Shown here in pieces: positions 51,401 through 64,000 of a stretch of 64,000 nt of DNA (its first letter is position 1; the number at the start of each line of letters is the position of its first letter). Origin of the DNA: Eledone cirrhosa (taxonomy: Eukaryota); the NCBI GenBank assembly GCA_964016885.1, contig OZ024746.1:45632001-45696000 (forward strand), written 5' to 3'. The notes beneath the pieces were generated by a model. The model made no database searches, was not told the origin of the DNA, and saw only the letters and a program-made list of their open reading frames with translations. A program made the translations under genes and the position numbers.

Positions 51401-53584
51401 ATGAATATCATTATATGGTAAGATTCAAGAAGATATTTGCAGATATGAGGTGACTAAATTATGACATAGCTTGATTCATAAATAAATGACACTCTTTAAT
51501 ATATTGCTTTACACTTAGATATTACATTCTACTTGAAACCGTTTCTCAACTCTTCTTTTCTAGGAGTTCATGTTTCTGGTCTATATAGAGTGCCAAACAA
51601 AAATTCCTTGTATGGACTGAATACTTGGTAACTCTTTTATATAAGACATAAAATTATTTAGAGTTTAAATTGCACAAGAAATCTGTGGCCAACCTACATT
51701 CCCCTTTTGTCTAATAATCTTTAAGAATTCAAGATAAACACTCACTTCACTCAGTGATCCTTTCTTTTAAGTTTAGGCAGGTCTGATAGAGGATATTAAC
51801 ACATCTTCATGTTAACTGATAAAATATTTAATGTTCTTCTGAATGACTAAGCAAGTTTTATAAAATTTAGACCATAAATTTTCAGCCATTACGTCAAACA
51901 CATTCGGTCTTCAAGTATGTATGCTCTAATACATTTTGTCAAACTGAAAAATACCAGGATATTATGAAGTTGAGAATGTTTTTATTGTACCAGACTAGTA
52001 CAAGTTGTTAATGAAGGAACCTTCATATAGTTGCTCAGCTTGTTAGAAATACCAAACCTCATATCATATCTAGGTATCTAATAAAAAGGGAAGATATATT
52101 GGATAATGTAGTCCTAGAAACATTATGTATCTCAGCTTAGATACACCATTTCCCTGTACGTTGAAAGAGGTGACTAAAGGTTATCATCAGGAAGAGCATT
52201 CTCCAATAAACACTGCTTCAAAATGTTCCAACTTACCCCAGATTGGAATATTGGATGTTCAAAGGATGATGATGATGATGATCTTGACATTGTGATCATA
52301 GTTAGAATGGCTTTGATTACAACTTACTTAATCAAAAGCACTATAACAAATGGAAATATTCAAACTTTTCACTGAATGTAATTCATAGCATGATAGAAGG
52401 TGGTTTTCTCAGAAAAAAGACCTTTTATTTTGTTTTGTACTAATGCATTTTAACTCACTATCCTCAATTTACACCTTGTCATCTGAAATAAAGGATACAT
52501 TGGATAATGTTATTCTTAGTATATATAGAGTGGATGGACACAATTAGAACACATTTCACAACTGATCTGATGATCAATTTTAACCATCAAGTTTACTTAG
52601 AGTTAACACTTGAAAACTTCTCTATGGTCCTTTATATTGCTAGAAATAGCCAGCAAATGTCCTTCAAATCCCACACTAAATTCTTAAATTGGGGAGAACA
52701 CATTGATATATATATATAGGAGTGGGATCATTAAAAAATATTTCAAGTTAATACTACAAGTTTTCTCCTTCAAAATAATCCCCTTCGATTCTAATGCAAT
52801 TCCCCATCCTTCTCTGCCATGTCACCATGCACTCATAGAAGAATTTTCCTAGAAGGATTCTCTGCCTTCCCTCTTGATGACCCTCTTCAGCTTTGAAAAA
52901 GAAAAGAATCACACCATCAAAAATTTACAGCTACGAGTATTTATGCTCTGCATGCATGAAATGTAAGAAAGCGCAGTCATTGAAGATGTGTATGATGAAC
53001 CATGATCTCTTGGAATGGAATCAATGCAACAGGAACTGGACATTCTGATCTGCCTACCACCCCTAACTTTAGAATGTGCATGCCTTCTGGGTTTACTCAG
53101 CACAATGCTGAAAAACATTCTTAACTAATTGTACCAATACAACCTAATTATTTCTTTACTAAATTTGAAGCACTTCATGTTTAATGAAATCAGTTAACCT
53201 CTTCCTGATTAGTTCCATTCCCTTGGTTGGTTGGCTGCCTGCTTCACCATGGAAAATTTTATCATCATTTCATGGTGATTTCTCTATCATTATATTTTCA
53301 AAATTCTTGATACCCACATGCCAACTAGCATGGCAATAGCATTTATAATTTCTTGAGCAAAGACTCTGTTTGATAAACTACTTAATGCTACATCTTTTAG
53401 ATTTGTATCTTTTGCAACTCTCATATGCTTTCTTGGATTTAGAAAAGAAAAAGTGGTGTCTGTCCTAAGTCTTGGATATCCCTGAAACTGTTAGTTTTTT
53501 AACACAATACTCTTCAGAGACTCTTACTACCAAAACACTAGCCTGTAATTCTAACAGTCACATGATTCTTCTTTAGAGTATTAA

Positions 53585-53889
53585 TTTCCTTGAGAGGCCC
53601 TCTCTCCTAATGGTTTTGCATAGGGTATTGGTAGTTTCTTCACTGAGGTGTGGGATCTTGAGGAAGCAAGAATTGTCTGTCTTGGTTTGGCCTCTGGGTC
53701 TGGGTTTCGCCAAGGGGTGGAGAAGGAAACTGGGTAACCATTGGTCTCTAACACCCTGTGGAACCATCTGATATGGGTGGCTCTATATGTAAAGTCGCTA
53801 CATCAGTTGCATACGTGAGCAATTTCATTAGAAATGTACCCGCTTTTAGAGCTGTTGGGGTGGGCAGATTTGTAGTGGATGAAAAGGTT
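53585..53889 (-). mobile_element. Penelope-like element fragment (RT thumb/linker)
   Basis: The minus strand reads NLFIHYKSAHPNSSKSGYI...CS...VLETNGYP...FLKIPHLSEETTNTLCKTIRREGL, matching the H-x-x-S-x-HP / NGYP signature of PLE RTs. Confidence 0.78.
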
Positions 53890-56800
53890 ATATAATATGA
53901 TGCATATAATATAATACAATATTGTTATCTTTCCTGTTATATAACACAATATCGTCTAACCCATATAGGATACCACACTATTGACTGCTTTTATACAGTA
54001 TACTACAATGTTACCTACTTCCATGTAACATTCCACATAATATTACTTGCTTCTATTTTTATCTTTTACTAAAATGATTTTTGATTACTGCAACTAACTA
54101 TCATTTTATTTTGGAGCAAGTTCAATCTCACTTTTCTAAGTTTCAAATATTTTCCAGTTCTTCAATAGACTTTGTGATGAGAATCAAACCATCAACTTTT
54201 CTGTAATCTCATAAATATTCATGCATTAACATCTGTGGGATTACTTCAAGGACTAGACTGCACTCCTTGTACCAATCACTGCACACTTATCAGTTGATTG
54301 AATTACTTACTAAACTCATTACTGATCATGATTTAAACAGCTTTTGTGATCTATTCTTCTATGCTTAGCTTTCTCATTATTCATCTAAGTACAATGTATA
54401 ATACTCTGCCAAAAGCCTTCATTAGATTAACAAAATTAAGAATAGTCGTTTGTTCTTGATTAAGAATGCTTTTTTCTGTATCTATCATGACAGAAATATA
54501 GTGTCTGAGATTCCATCTGTCACAAAGCCAAATTGAATTGTCAGCACCTCAACTCTATCTTGCACTAATATCACTAAACTTAATAAATAAATCTGTTAAA
54601 ATGAATCCTCTAAAATGTATTTTGTCTTCTTTAGCTTTATGGAAATTTACAATGGAGCTGTAATACTGAACAGTGGAAATGGTGTTTTAGTGTACTGTAC
54701 AGTCTGATTAGTTATACAAGTGACCATGTCACATCAGTTCACTCTGATGCTTTTAGTATTTCCTTAACTATCCTTGCATGCCTTTCAATTTTCTATCTTC
54801 ATACCTTCAGTCATATTATTCATGCAGTATAAGCAATGGAATTTTAACTAAACTAACTGATGTTACTCATAAATTATGCCAACTATCTATTCAGTTTTTA
54901 TGTTTGAGTCTCATAAAATATATTGGAGAATAATATTACTATTGGTATACACAAAATCTGTAAAAAGCAAACTATGTTTTATAATAGCAGCAGTGGCAAT
55001 ATTAAAGGTATTCATGGAGATTGAGCTAGTGTTGGCTGTTTCTGATTTTAACAACTAACATGCTACTATAGTGACTGTTGTAGATAACGGATTGTGTCGT
55101 CTTCATAAAGTCAGTTTCAATTCTTTGTCTAATCTATTTTCCATCATTTATATCACTAAAAGTTTTACCCTATCAGACAAAATGCCTTGTGGTATTTGTT
55201 CTGTCACTTTACATTCTGAGCTCATACCATGTCAAGATGAATTTTGCCTCCTATTCTTCCAGGGTTAATAAAGTAAAATATTAGTTAAGTGCTATGTTAT
55301 ATCTCCTCTGTCCTCCAACTTGGATGGTAAGAAGACTGAGAAGTGATCTGTCTCTGCTCCTCACTAAAAGTGATTTCTTTATATTCTGTCACTAATATCC
55401 TTAGAAAGTATAGTCTTCACAACTTTCCATATTATCTATTTCATGTCAATGTGTAAAAAATATATTGTGATGGCAATTTTTTCTTTTGTGGTTCATTCAT
55501 GAAAGAGGGACAATGCACCTGACCTTCATATGCCCCCCAGGATTGCTGAGATTGATCTCATTGATGTATAGTTTAAACAATTTTATAAGCAGACATTTGC
55601 AGGGGTGGGATAATTGAGAGGGAGTGAATTTGAAATGGTTTGTGTTCTGAGAAGGAAGAGCATAGTGGTTAACTTCAAGCCTGGGTGAAACGGCAGATAT
55701 AGTATGGGTAATGAGGAGAGGAGTGTCAGATAAGTCTGCGTGGAGGTGACATGCAACTACCTAATTCTGAATACTTATATTATTACAATGGTTGAAGTTA
55801 GTGGAGGTGTTGGTCTGGCAGTGATTATATTGCTTTTGTTAGTGGTAGTGAGAATGGGTGTAACTATAGTGATGCCATTTCTGTTGTGTTAATATAAGTA
55901 GTGTCATTGGTGGTGGTGCTATTGGTGTTTGTGTTAGTGTATATAATAATATTAGTGGTGTTGGAGGTTATAGTTGCAATGATGATAGAGTTATTGTTGC
56001 AGCATATTATCAGTAGAAGAGGTGAAGACAAACAATGGCATGTAAAAATAACATAGCAATAAAAAAAAGAACAGAAAGAAAAACAGTCTAGAAACATTTT
56101 TTTACATGGAAAAACACTGAAATGAGAATTTTGACTTTTTTTCTGCTACTGTATTCAAAAGATGTCGAATATGGCAGTAAAAGCAAAATGCATATTTTAG
56201 AAAAGGCATTGCAAAATCTGTGAGCATTAGTCTACTGATAGTTCAATAATTCAATCAGTTTATTTATAAAGGCAATTCTATGAAATCTCTCCAGTTCAGA
56301 GAGATGTATTGAATCTAGGCCACATGATAGATAAGAGTTTCTCATTTTTCAGATGCAAATTTCATTCAGTTATTTTCTAAACCATTTTTCTGTGTAAATG
56401 TCGTCTCATTTTGCAGAAAATAAGTAAGCACACAATATTTACCGTTTTCTTATTTTGTTTTTAGATTTTTTAGTGACTTTTGACAGTTATATATTCTATT
56501 CTTTTATTATTTATATTTTATTTTTTGCCTTTTTTCTAAATAATTTTATTTGGTTTTGCTGTTAAATTAAATTGTAGAAGAGAAAACAACTTTTAAGCAA
56601 ATCGTATATTTTAATGGTCTTTGTTTATCATAAAATCTTCATTTTATTTTTGTTACTAGAGATCTTTGTAAAGAAATATGTATAGAATGTGTGAGAACAA
56701 AACAGATTTTCAGTAACACATATACATCACACTCACTTGTCCACACATGTGTCCTATGTGTGTGTACATGTATAAATCATCATCCTCATCACCATCGTTT

Positions 56801-57077
56801 AATGTCCACTTTCCACACTAGCATGGGTTAGACAGGCATATATATATACCGTATATATACAAAAAATAATGTGTGTGTGCATATATATATATATAAGTTA
56901 AAACAATGAAATAAAAAATCAAGTCATTAGAGATATACTTCATTGCTTTACGATCGTTTTTAGGTGATGATAATACATTGTAGCTATACTTCGTTATTGA
57001 TCTATGTAAGGTTAGTTACAAAATATCAGATAAAGAGAATATTTACTTACATGCATATCACTAGCTGTTTTCAAAAG

Positions 57078-57124
<47 letters not shown>

Positions 57125-58469
57125 CATACATACACACACACACACACATACACAAAAACTATGTATCTGTGTATATGTATGTATATTTGTATATATATAT
57201 TCTTTTTCTCGGTCACTGGTTTAAGTGTTGAGGTGAGTCCAGCCTGGGGTACTGTCATGAAAGCTTTTTAATAGATCATGACCCCAGTACTTATTTTTTA
57301 AAGCCAGATACTAATTTTATTGATCTGTATATGTTGACATGTTATGTTACTTATATAAACAAACAACAATGTAAATACACACATGCATATCCACACACAC
57401 ACACATATCTATCCTTTGATAACTCCCTCTCTCACAAACACACATATATACATATGCTCAGACACACACACACACACATATATATATGTGTTTGTGTGAG
57501 AGAGGGAGTTATCAAAAGATAGATGGTTGGCTTAGAAGATTTCATTAATCTCTGGTGGTTATAAGGATTGAAATGTTTTGAGCAAGTTTATACAAATTAT
57601 GTTTCTCTTTCTCACTCTCAGATGAAGTATCAATGTCCGAATCATCAGATCACTCAGGCAATTAAACACATCAATCCCTTCTATACTTAAATCTTTTCTG
57701 TCACCATCTCATACCATCACCAATGTCCTCAAATTCCATATTTCATTATAGGTATAGCACAAAGTTTGAAATATACTTATCAGCAGCTGAAACCAACAGA
57801 ATATCAGCTGAAGGGCAAATAAAATAAAATAAGAATGACACATGACTAAAAATAGATAAAAAAGTAATCCTCATGGTGGTCAATATCTGGTAAGATTGGG
57901 CGGGACTGCAACAATCTGGTAGAACTCTGCTTAGAAATCTCAGGACAAAATTATTTGTAATTGCTGTATGAGACCTGAGCTTAAACACAAGAAAATCACA
58001 TCAAAATTATAACCAATCAAATGGAAAGTAAATACAAATGATTATGCAGGGAATACTGAGAAATGATTATTTACTTTGACTTGGTAATCCAGTCTTTTCA
58101 AAGGCAATATTTTCACATCTCCATAACAAAATAGGTTGCTATTTAGTTCCAGCTCAATGGGCAACTAATTTGATGTTCTATCAGTTTTTTTTTTTTCTTT
58201 TTCGTGGCTTATTCAGATGAGGAAAGGCAATATCCATGATTTTTAGAGCTTTTGAAATTGTGGGAGGAAGTGAAGAAGTGATCTTCACACAGGAGACCTG
58301 GCCCTAATCCTTATAATAGAATGGATTTCAATAAAGATCCTCAAGGGTCAGGTGGTGGTGTTAATCCAGGCAATGAATTAAGTTTATCACCCAGGACATC
58401 TTAAGTTATATGGAGTTGAGTCAGGTGATAACTGAGAAAAGCACAACAGATGATTCACAATATTAATGA

Positions 58470-58790
58470 GGTGTAAAGGGTAAAGACTCCCTATGGTCAT
58501 GAATGACCATGGGATTTACACCTAGAAAGTTTCACTTATGAGGCACAAATCTGGACAAGGTTGTTTGTGGAAGATCAGCAGTCACCCATACATACCAGTC
58601 TCCCATGCATACCGGTCTCCCTTCTCCACACCACCAATGTTGTCCCAGGGAAAGGCAATGACTGATACAGCTTGCACCAGTGGCATCGCAACTCATTTCT
58701 GGAGCAAAATGAAATAATGTGCCTTGCTCAAGTACACAACACATCACCTGTCCTGGAACTGATGCTCTAACCACTAAGTCATATGACTTC
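58470..58790 (-). mobile_element. tRNA-derived SINE (minus strand)
   Basis: The body is shared with 29445-29560 (TGTTGTCC.GGGAAAGG.AA...GATACAGCTT...GCAACTCATT). Confidence 0.65.
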
Positions 58791-59065
58791 GTAATATAGG
58801 TATAATACTTCATTTTAGTGATCCCATGAAAAATGAGAGGCAAAATTAATTCTGAGGAAATTTGAATTCAGATTGTAAAGAAAAGTAACTTAATAGTACA
58901 GGGTATTTTGACCATTACTGTAATGAATCTGACAATCTCCTCAGGCAAATAATTAAATAAGTAAATAAATAAATAAAAGGGGTTCTCTGATTGAGCTCAA
59001 ACCTCATATCTTTCATGTTCTGAGAAACCATTTTTACTACTTACACCATAGAACAGCTGCTAATA

Positions 59066-60625
59066 ATCTAAACTATAATAAAGCAACGGCTGCGGGACTG
59101 CGTACGGTTTATTTCTTTTAATCCAGTTAGCAAAATAAGTTGGATTACTTTGAATAAATAATGAATTAATATTACATAATTTATGTGCTAAATTTCGTAA
59201 ACAAATAATTTCGTTAAAAAAAAATCTAAAATTGACTTCTTTTCAAAATTGCACTTCCCGTATAACGTCGCCACCACTTCAACTACCATATATATAGAGA
59301 GAGAAAGAGTGATTATGATTTTCTACACACTAACACGTATGAATGTGCACATACATACATCTATATGTATGAGTATATAACTATAATCGCGCAAACACAA
59401 ACTTATAAAAATAAACACTCACAGATAAAATTCACACAAATACACATACTTTCACACAAACATACATACATTCACATATATACATTTACACAAACACACA
59501 CATACAGTCATGATAGCGTTCGGTTTAATTGGAAATGGGAGGGTGAAACAAGCATAACGTTTTATTTATTTATTAACTCTTTATTTATTTATGAACTCTT
59601 TTTTAAAAACTCATTTAATATAACTAGCAGAAAAAACATCCTTCGGGTGGTTTTCTGCTGGCTTATGTATTGTGTATATTGATATACGCAAGTATATATG
59701 CATGTAGATATGATACATCAAATAAAACCGTAATTGACAATACACACAGAAATTGAACGAAGACTGTGTTACACTGTCTTATGTAATCAGTAACGTAATC
59801 CATGATACATTAATAACAGACGATATTATATATCTGCTAGCATATGTAGTGTGTATATTGATAGTATATGCAAGTATATATATATACATGTAGATATGAT
59901 GAAATAAAATCGTAATTGACAATATACACAGAAATTGAACGAAGACTGCGTTACACTGTCTTATGTAATCAGTAACGTAATCCATAATACATTAATAAAA
60001 GACGATACTATATAAACTGCATTAGGAGAAAATTAGTGACAGAAATATATGAATATTTATTTAAACGATCGTTAACCAGAAGTGTTGACATTAGAAAATG
60101 TTAAAGAAGTGAATCTTTAAATAAGTAATAAAATATATTTAATGAACAGACACGAAATTTAGTAGATAAATTATGTAATATTCATTCATTATTTATTCAC
60201 AGTATCAGTAGATGGTTGGACATCATGCTTTGTAGCATAGTTACGTCCCTTTATGTTCAAATCCCGTTGAGGTTAACTTTGCCTTTCATCCTTACGGGGT
60301 CGATAAAATAAAGTACCAGTAATGTACTTGAATAATTGCTGGCCTTGTGCCAAAAGTAGAAACAATTATTTATTCAAAGGGAGATGAATTGGCAGTATCG
60401 GTAGAGGGTCGGACATGCTTTCCAGCATAGTTACGTCCCTTTATGATCTGATTTCAAATCCCTCTAAGGTTAACTTTGCCTTTCATCCTTACGGGGTCGA
60501 TAAAATAAAGTGCCAGTAATGTACTGGGTATTTGCTGGCCTTGTGCCAAAAGTAGAAACAATTATTTATTCAAAGTAATCCAACTTATTTTACTAAGGGG
60601 ATAAGAAATTATAAACCGTACGCAT
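59066..60625. mobile_element. Two inverted non-autonomous Helitron-like copies, with an internal ~180-bp tandem duplication and two nested SINEs
   Basis: A|TCTAAACTATAATAAAG 5'-type start at 59066. On the minus strand a hairpin ends in CTAG|T at ~59624-59662. 59098-59200 is inversely repeated at 60150-60200 plus 60563-60625. 59672-59837 is repeated at 59852-60020. Confidence 0.55.
60203..60568 (+). mobile_element. Two tandem tRNA-derived SINEs (60203-60372 and 60378-60568)
   Basis: Each contains TTCAAATCCC...GGTTAACTTTGCCTTTCATCCTTACGGGGTCGATAAAATAAAGT...GGCCTTGTGCCAAAAGTAGAAACA. ATTATTTATTCA occurs before, between and after them. Confidence 0.9.
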
Positions 60626-61129
60626 ATTAATCCTCCCCAGTGAAATAACTTGCACGTGTGTGTCTCGTGATTGTAATTTTGAGAGTTTGAATCCCATCAG
60701 TGTATTGTGTTCTTGAGCAAGACACTTTATTTCGCCTTTCTTCTCTCCACTGAAGTAAAAAAAAGTGTACTCTGCCAGTAAGTCGAGGAAACCAATGTAG
60801 TCCCACCCTGAAACCCTCCATTATAAATGTCTATGGAATGCTCAGACACTCTCACCTTAATTTCAGACAGTTCCATTTGAGAAACCTAGCTGGAAGAATC
60901 CTCGTTGCAAGCGATAGGGTACCATCGTACATATGAACACATAGACACACACACACATTTCAAAGAGAATAGAAGAGATCAATAAAATAAGTACTAGATT
61001 TTAAAATATATGTACTGGAATTGCGGTCAAGAAAATCCTTTAATCGTGGTACCCCACAGTCTAACGTCTTAAACAAGTGCAGGCTGGAGATTGTTCTTCC
61101 TCCTTCAATCTATGGTTCCCCTCGCTTCT

Positions 61130-62170
61130 ACAGAATTCAATGACTGTGGTTCGACACATGGGAAAGCCATCTTATTTAATCATGGTAACAACTAACTCTA
61201 ACTGGGAGGAAATAAAAAATAGTTTGCACCCTGGTGAAGAACCTAGAGACCATCCTGATATTTGTGCAAGAGTCTTCAAGATCAAGTATGACAGCCTCAT
61301 GGATGACATACTGAAAAAAAATTTCCTAGGAAAAGTTGTGGCTCATTCTGCTACAATAGAGTGGCAGAAAACGAGGCCTTACTCATGCTCATATTCTGCT
61401 GATAATGGCTGAAGATAGCAAGCCCAAAACTGCTGATGCCATTGATCAGGTAGTGTACTGTGAGATTTCTGATAAAGAGACCGATCCAATTCTGCATAAG
61501 ATCATCACATCCTGCAACATTCATGGCCCATGTGGACAAGCTAATATGATGTGCTCATGTATGGAAGGGCTAGGACAACAACGCCATTGCTCAAAAAGTT
61601 ATCCCAAGGCATTCAGACAAATCACATTTGTTGCCGAAAATTCCTTTCCGGAGTATAGAAGAAGGGATAGACAGCATGGTGGTCACACCCATACAATCCA
61701 ACTTAAAGGTCAAGAATTTACTGTTGATAATCATTGGATTGTTCCATACAACCCTTTCCTCTCATTAAGATATCAGTGCCACATCAATTGTGAGGTTGTC
61801 CACAGTGTCAAGGCTGTTAAGTACATCACAAAAGGGTCAGACAAGATCACTTTCACTATTAAGGATGATCAAGGAAATTGTGTCCATGCCCAAAATGAGA
61901 TTGAGACCTATATCAATGCATGGTACATCTCAGCCAGTGAAGCATTCTGGAGAATCTATAAATTTCCATTACATCATCGAAAACCGCCAGTTGAAAAGTT
62001 GCCTTCACCTGGGGAACAAATGATCATGTATGAGCGAGGGCAGGAAGAAAGTATCGTTTCTAGGGGACAGCCAATGACTAAGTTGACGGAATATTTTCAG
62101 GCACAAAACATATTGTATATTGATATTCCTAAATATTTCACTTGGACAAACAAAAAGTGGCTTCTGATTT
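61130..62170 (+). pseudogene. Helitron Rep (HUH rolling-circle endonuclease) fragment, frameshifted
   Basis: GKPSYLIMVTTN, PDICARVF, IEWQKRGLTHAHILL (across a frameshift at ~61370), IHGPCG, CSKSYPK, YRRR, DNHWIVPYNPFL..HINCE, KYITKG and YISASEAFWRI. The helicase part is absent. Confidence 0.93.
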
Positions 62171-63629
62171 AGGCACAAGGCTAACAATTTTTTTTTTGTG
62201 TGTGTGTGTGGGGGGGGGGGGATTGATTAAATTTACCCCTGTCTGTGACTGGTAATTTATTTTATCTACCCTGTAAGAATGGAAGGCAAAGCCAAACTCA
62301 ATGGGATTTGATATCATAACGTAAATGTCCATAGCTCTATTCAATGAAGCAGGGTGCCTGATGCACTACCATTACATAATAATGGTTTCATTTATTAGCC
62401 ATAAGTACTTTCATGCATAAAACAATGTATACAAAGGGAAGGATGTTATATAATAAACAGTCTGAAAATTTAATAAAACATAAAATAAGTATAAAAAATA
62501 TAAAACATACAATAATTAAAACAATATATAATGTTATATATAATAATAATAATAACAATAATAATAATGATTACTTTATTGGCCACAAGGGCTGACATCA
62601 AGAAAAACATTACAGACAGTACAGGAAGGTATGATGTGGGTTTTGTGTGTGTAAAGATTTTTATTATTTATATAAGAAACGAAAAAGAAAAAAGACATAG
62701 AAACATATATATATATAAACAATAAAAATGAAAATTCAAATAATAATAATGATGCTTTCTTTATTTAATAATAATGATAATAGTCTTTTTTCATTGCTGT
62801 TCAGAAATGACTACATTGCTGTTTCCGTTAAAGGTCATATGAAAGCAATTCAAGTTTGGTGTGAGCTGTCTAGGTTGTTTGTCCTTATCTGGATGATTAT
62901 AAAGATAGAAATCAGTAAATAGAGCAAGATTAAAGAGTTTGGGAATGATTGGATCTAGCTTTGTATCTATTATATACAAAACTAAGTAATTCTACACACA
63001 ATATCACAGAGAATATCTTACCTTATCTTAATCATAATGGGATATTTTTTTGCCATGTTACATGATGACTACTTTGTAAAAACAAAAAGTAGAGTTAGCA
63101 AAATAATACCCTAGACATGTGTGATACTTATCTGTATGAATGAAAGGAAAAGTCAATTCCAGTGGGATTGGAACTTAAAACATTGGGAGACATAACTAAA
63201 TACTTCCAGGCTGATAAAATCAGCCAGTCTATGATTTTTAAGTCTTTGCCACCTTCAATAAAATAGTATAATGGTTTCTAACCTATGCATAAGGAGAAAC
63301 ATCTCGGGTGAGGATGTAGGAGATAAGATCAGTTGCATTACTTGATTAGTACTTTATATTATCCATTTCTAAAACAATGAAAAGCAACAATTAATCCTCT
63401 CAACTCATAAAATAAAGAGTCATAACTAAATACTGTATGATATTTTGTCTATGGCCCTATCTATCTATCAAGCTCCTTTTTACTATTTTCAGAAACTGAC
63501 ACATAACCTTAACATTCTGGTGAAAGGCCTTTTTCAATTTGATTGGGCTCAGTACAACTTGTCTGGTAGGGATTTGAACAACCATGGAGAAATGAATGGC
63601 AGTAATACTGTGCAGGCAATAAATGCCAG

Positions 63630-63987
63630 ACATTGATGTATCAATCACCACGGTGACTATATCTACCAAAGAAATGGAGAAGTTATCCAAATATAAACAT
63701 CTATAGATAGAAATAACCTGAATGTGGATAATGAAAACAGAAACAATATCTATGATAATAGGTACTCTGGAAATGATTAAAAAAAAACAGACACATACAT
63801 AATCAAAACTCCAGGACTCACCAATATATACAAAGATTAGCATTGCTAGGCACTACACATATTACGAGGAGTATTTTCAATACAATAGAAACAACACCAC
63901 CAAAAACCACACTGCACATATCCAAGGTGCACAGATCTGTGCTCAGTAATGCAGTTAATGTGCAATGAAAATAATACTAATAATAAT
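63630..63987 (+). mobile_element. R4/Dong-clade 3' fragment (different family)
   Basis: EKLSKYKHL..MWIMKTETISMIIGTL...ALLGTTHILR, then a short UTR and (TAA)n. Confidence 0.75.
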
Positions 63988-64000
63988 TGTTTCTGGTGCT

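Overview
AT-rich eukaryotic DNA that is dense in microsatellites and transposons. The SINE, RTE and Dong/R4 repertoire looks like an octopod cephalopod, but this is an inference and was not checked. I could not identify any host protein-coding gene with confidence, and most listed ORFs are translations of (TA)n/(CA)n/(CAT)n repeats or antisense frames of transposons. Retroelements: a near full-length RTE LINE (17848-22023) with an AP-endonuclease, an RT and a PHD-like zinc finger, broken by one frameshift; a 5'-truncated RTE on the minus strand (12531-15375); many older RTE fragments; a CRE-clade fragment; four R4/Dong-type pieces ending at (TAA)n; a Penelope-like fragment; CR1/L2-like remnants; a probable solo LTR; and many tRNA-derived SINEs. 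DNA elements: mariner, hAT and piggyBac-like MITEs, a Helitron Rep fragment and non-autonomous Helitron-like elements. There is also a very homogeneous 33 x 80-bp tandem array with higher-order structure (31623-34264). The most striking signal is a perfect 158-bp inverted repeat (226-553) whose arms each carry a complete minimal type I hammerhead ribozyme motif, giving one copy per strand.
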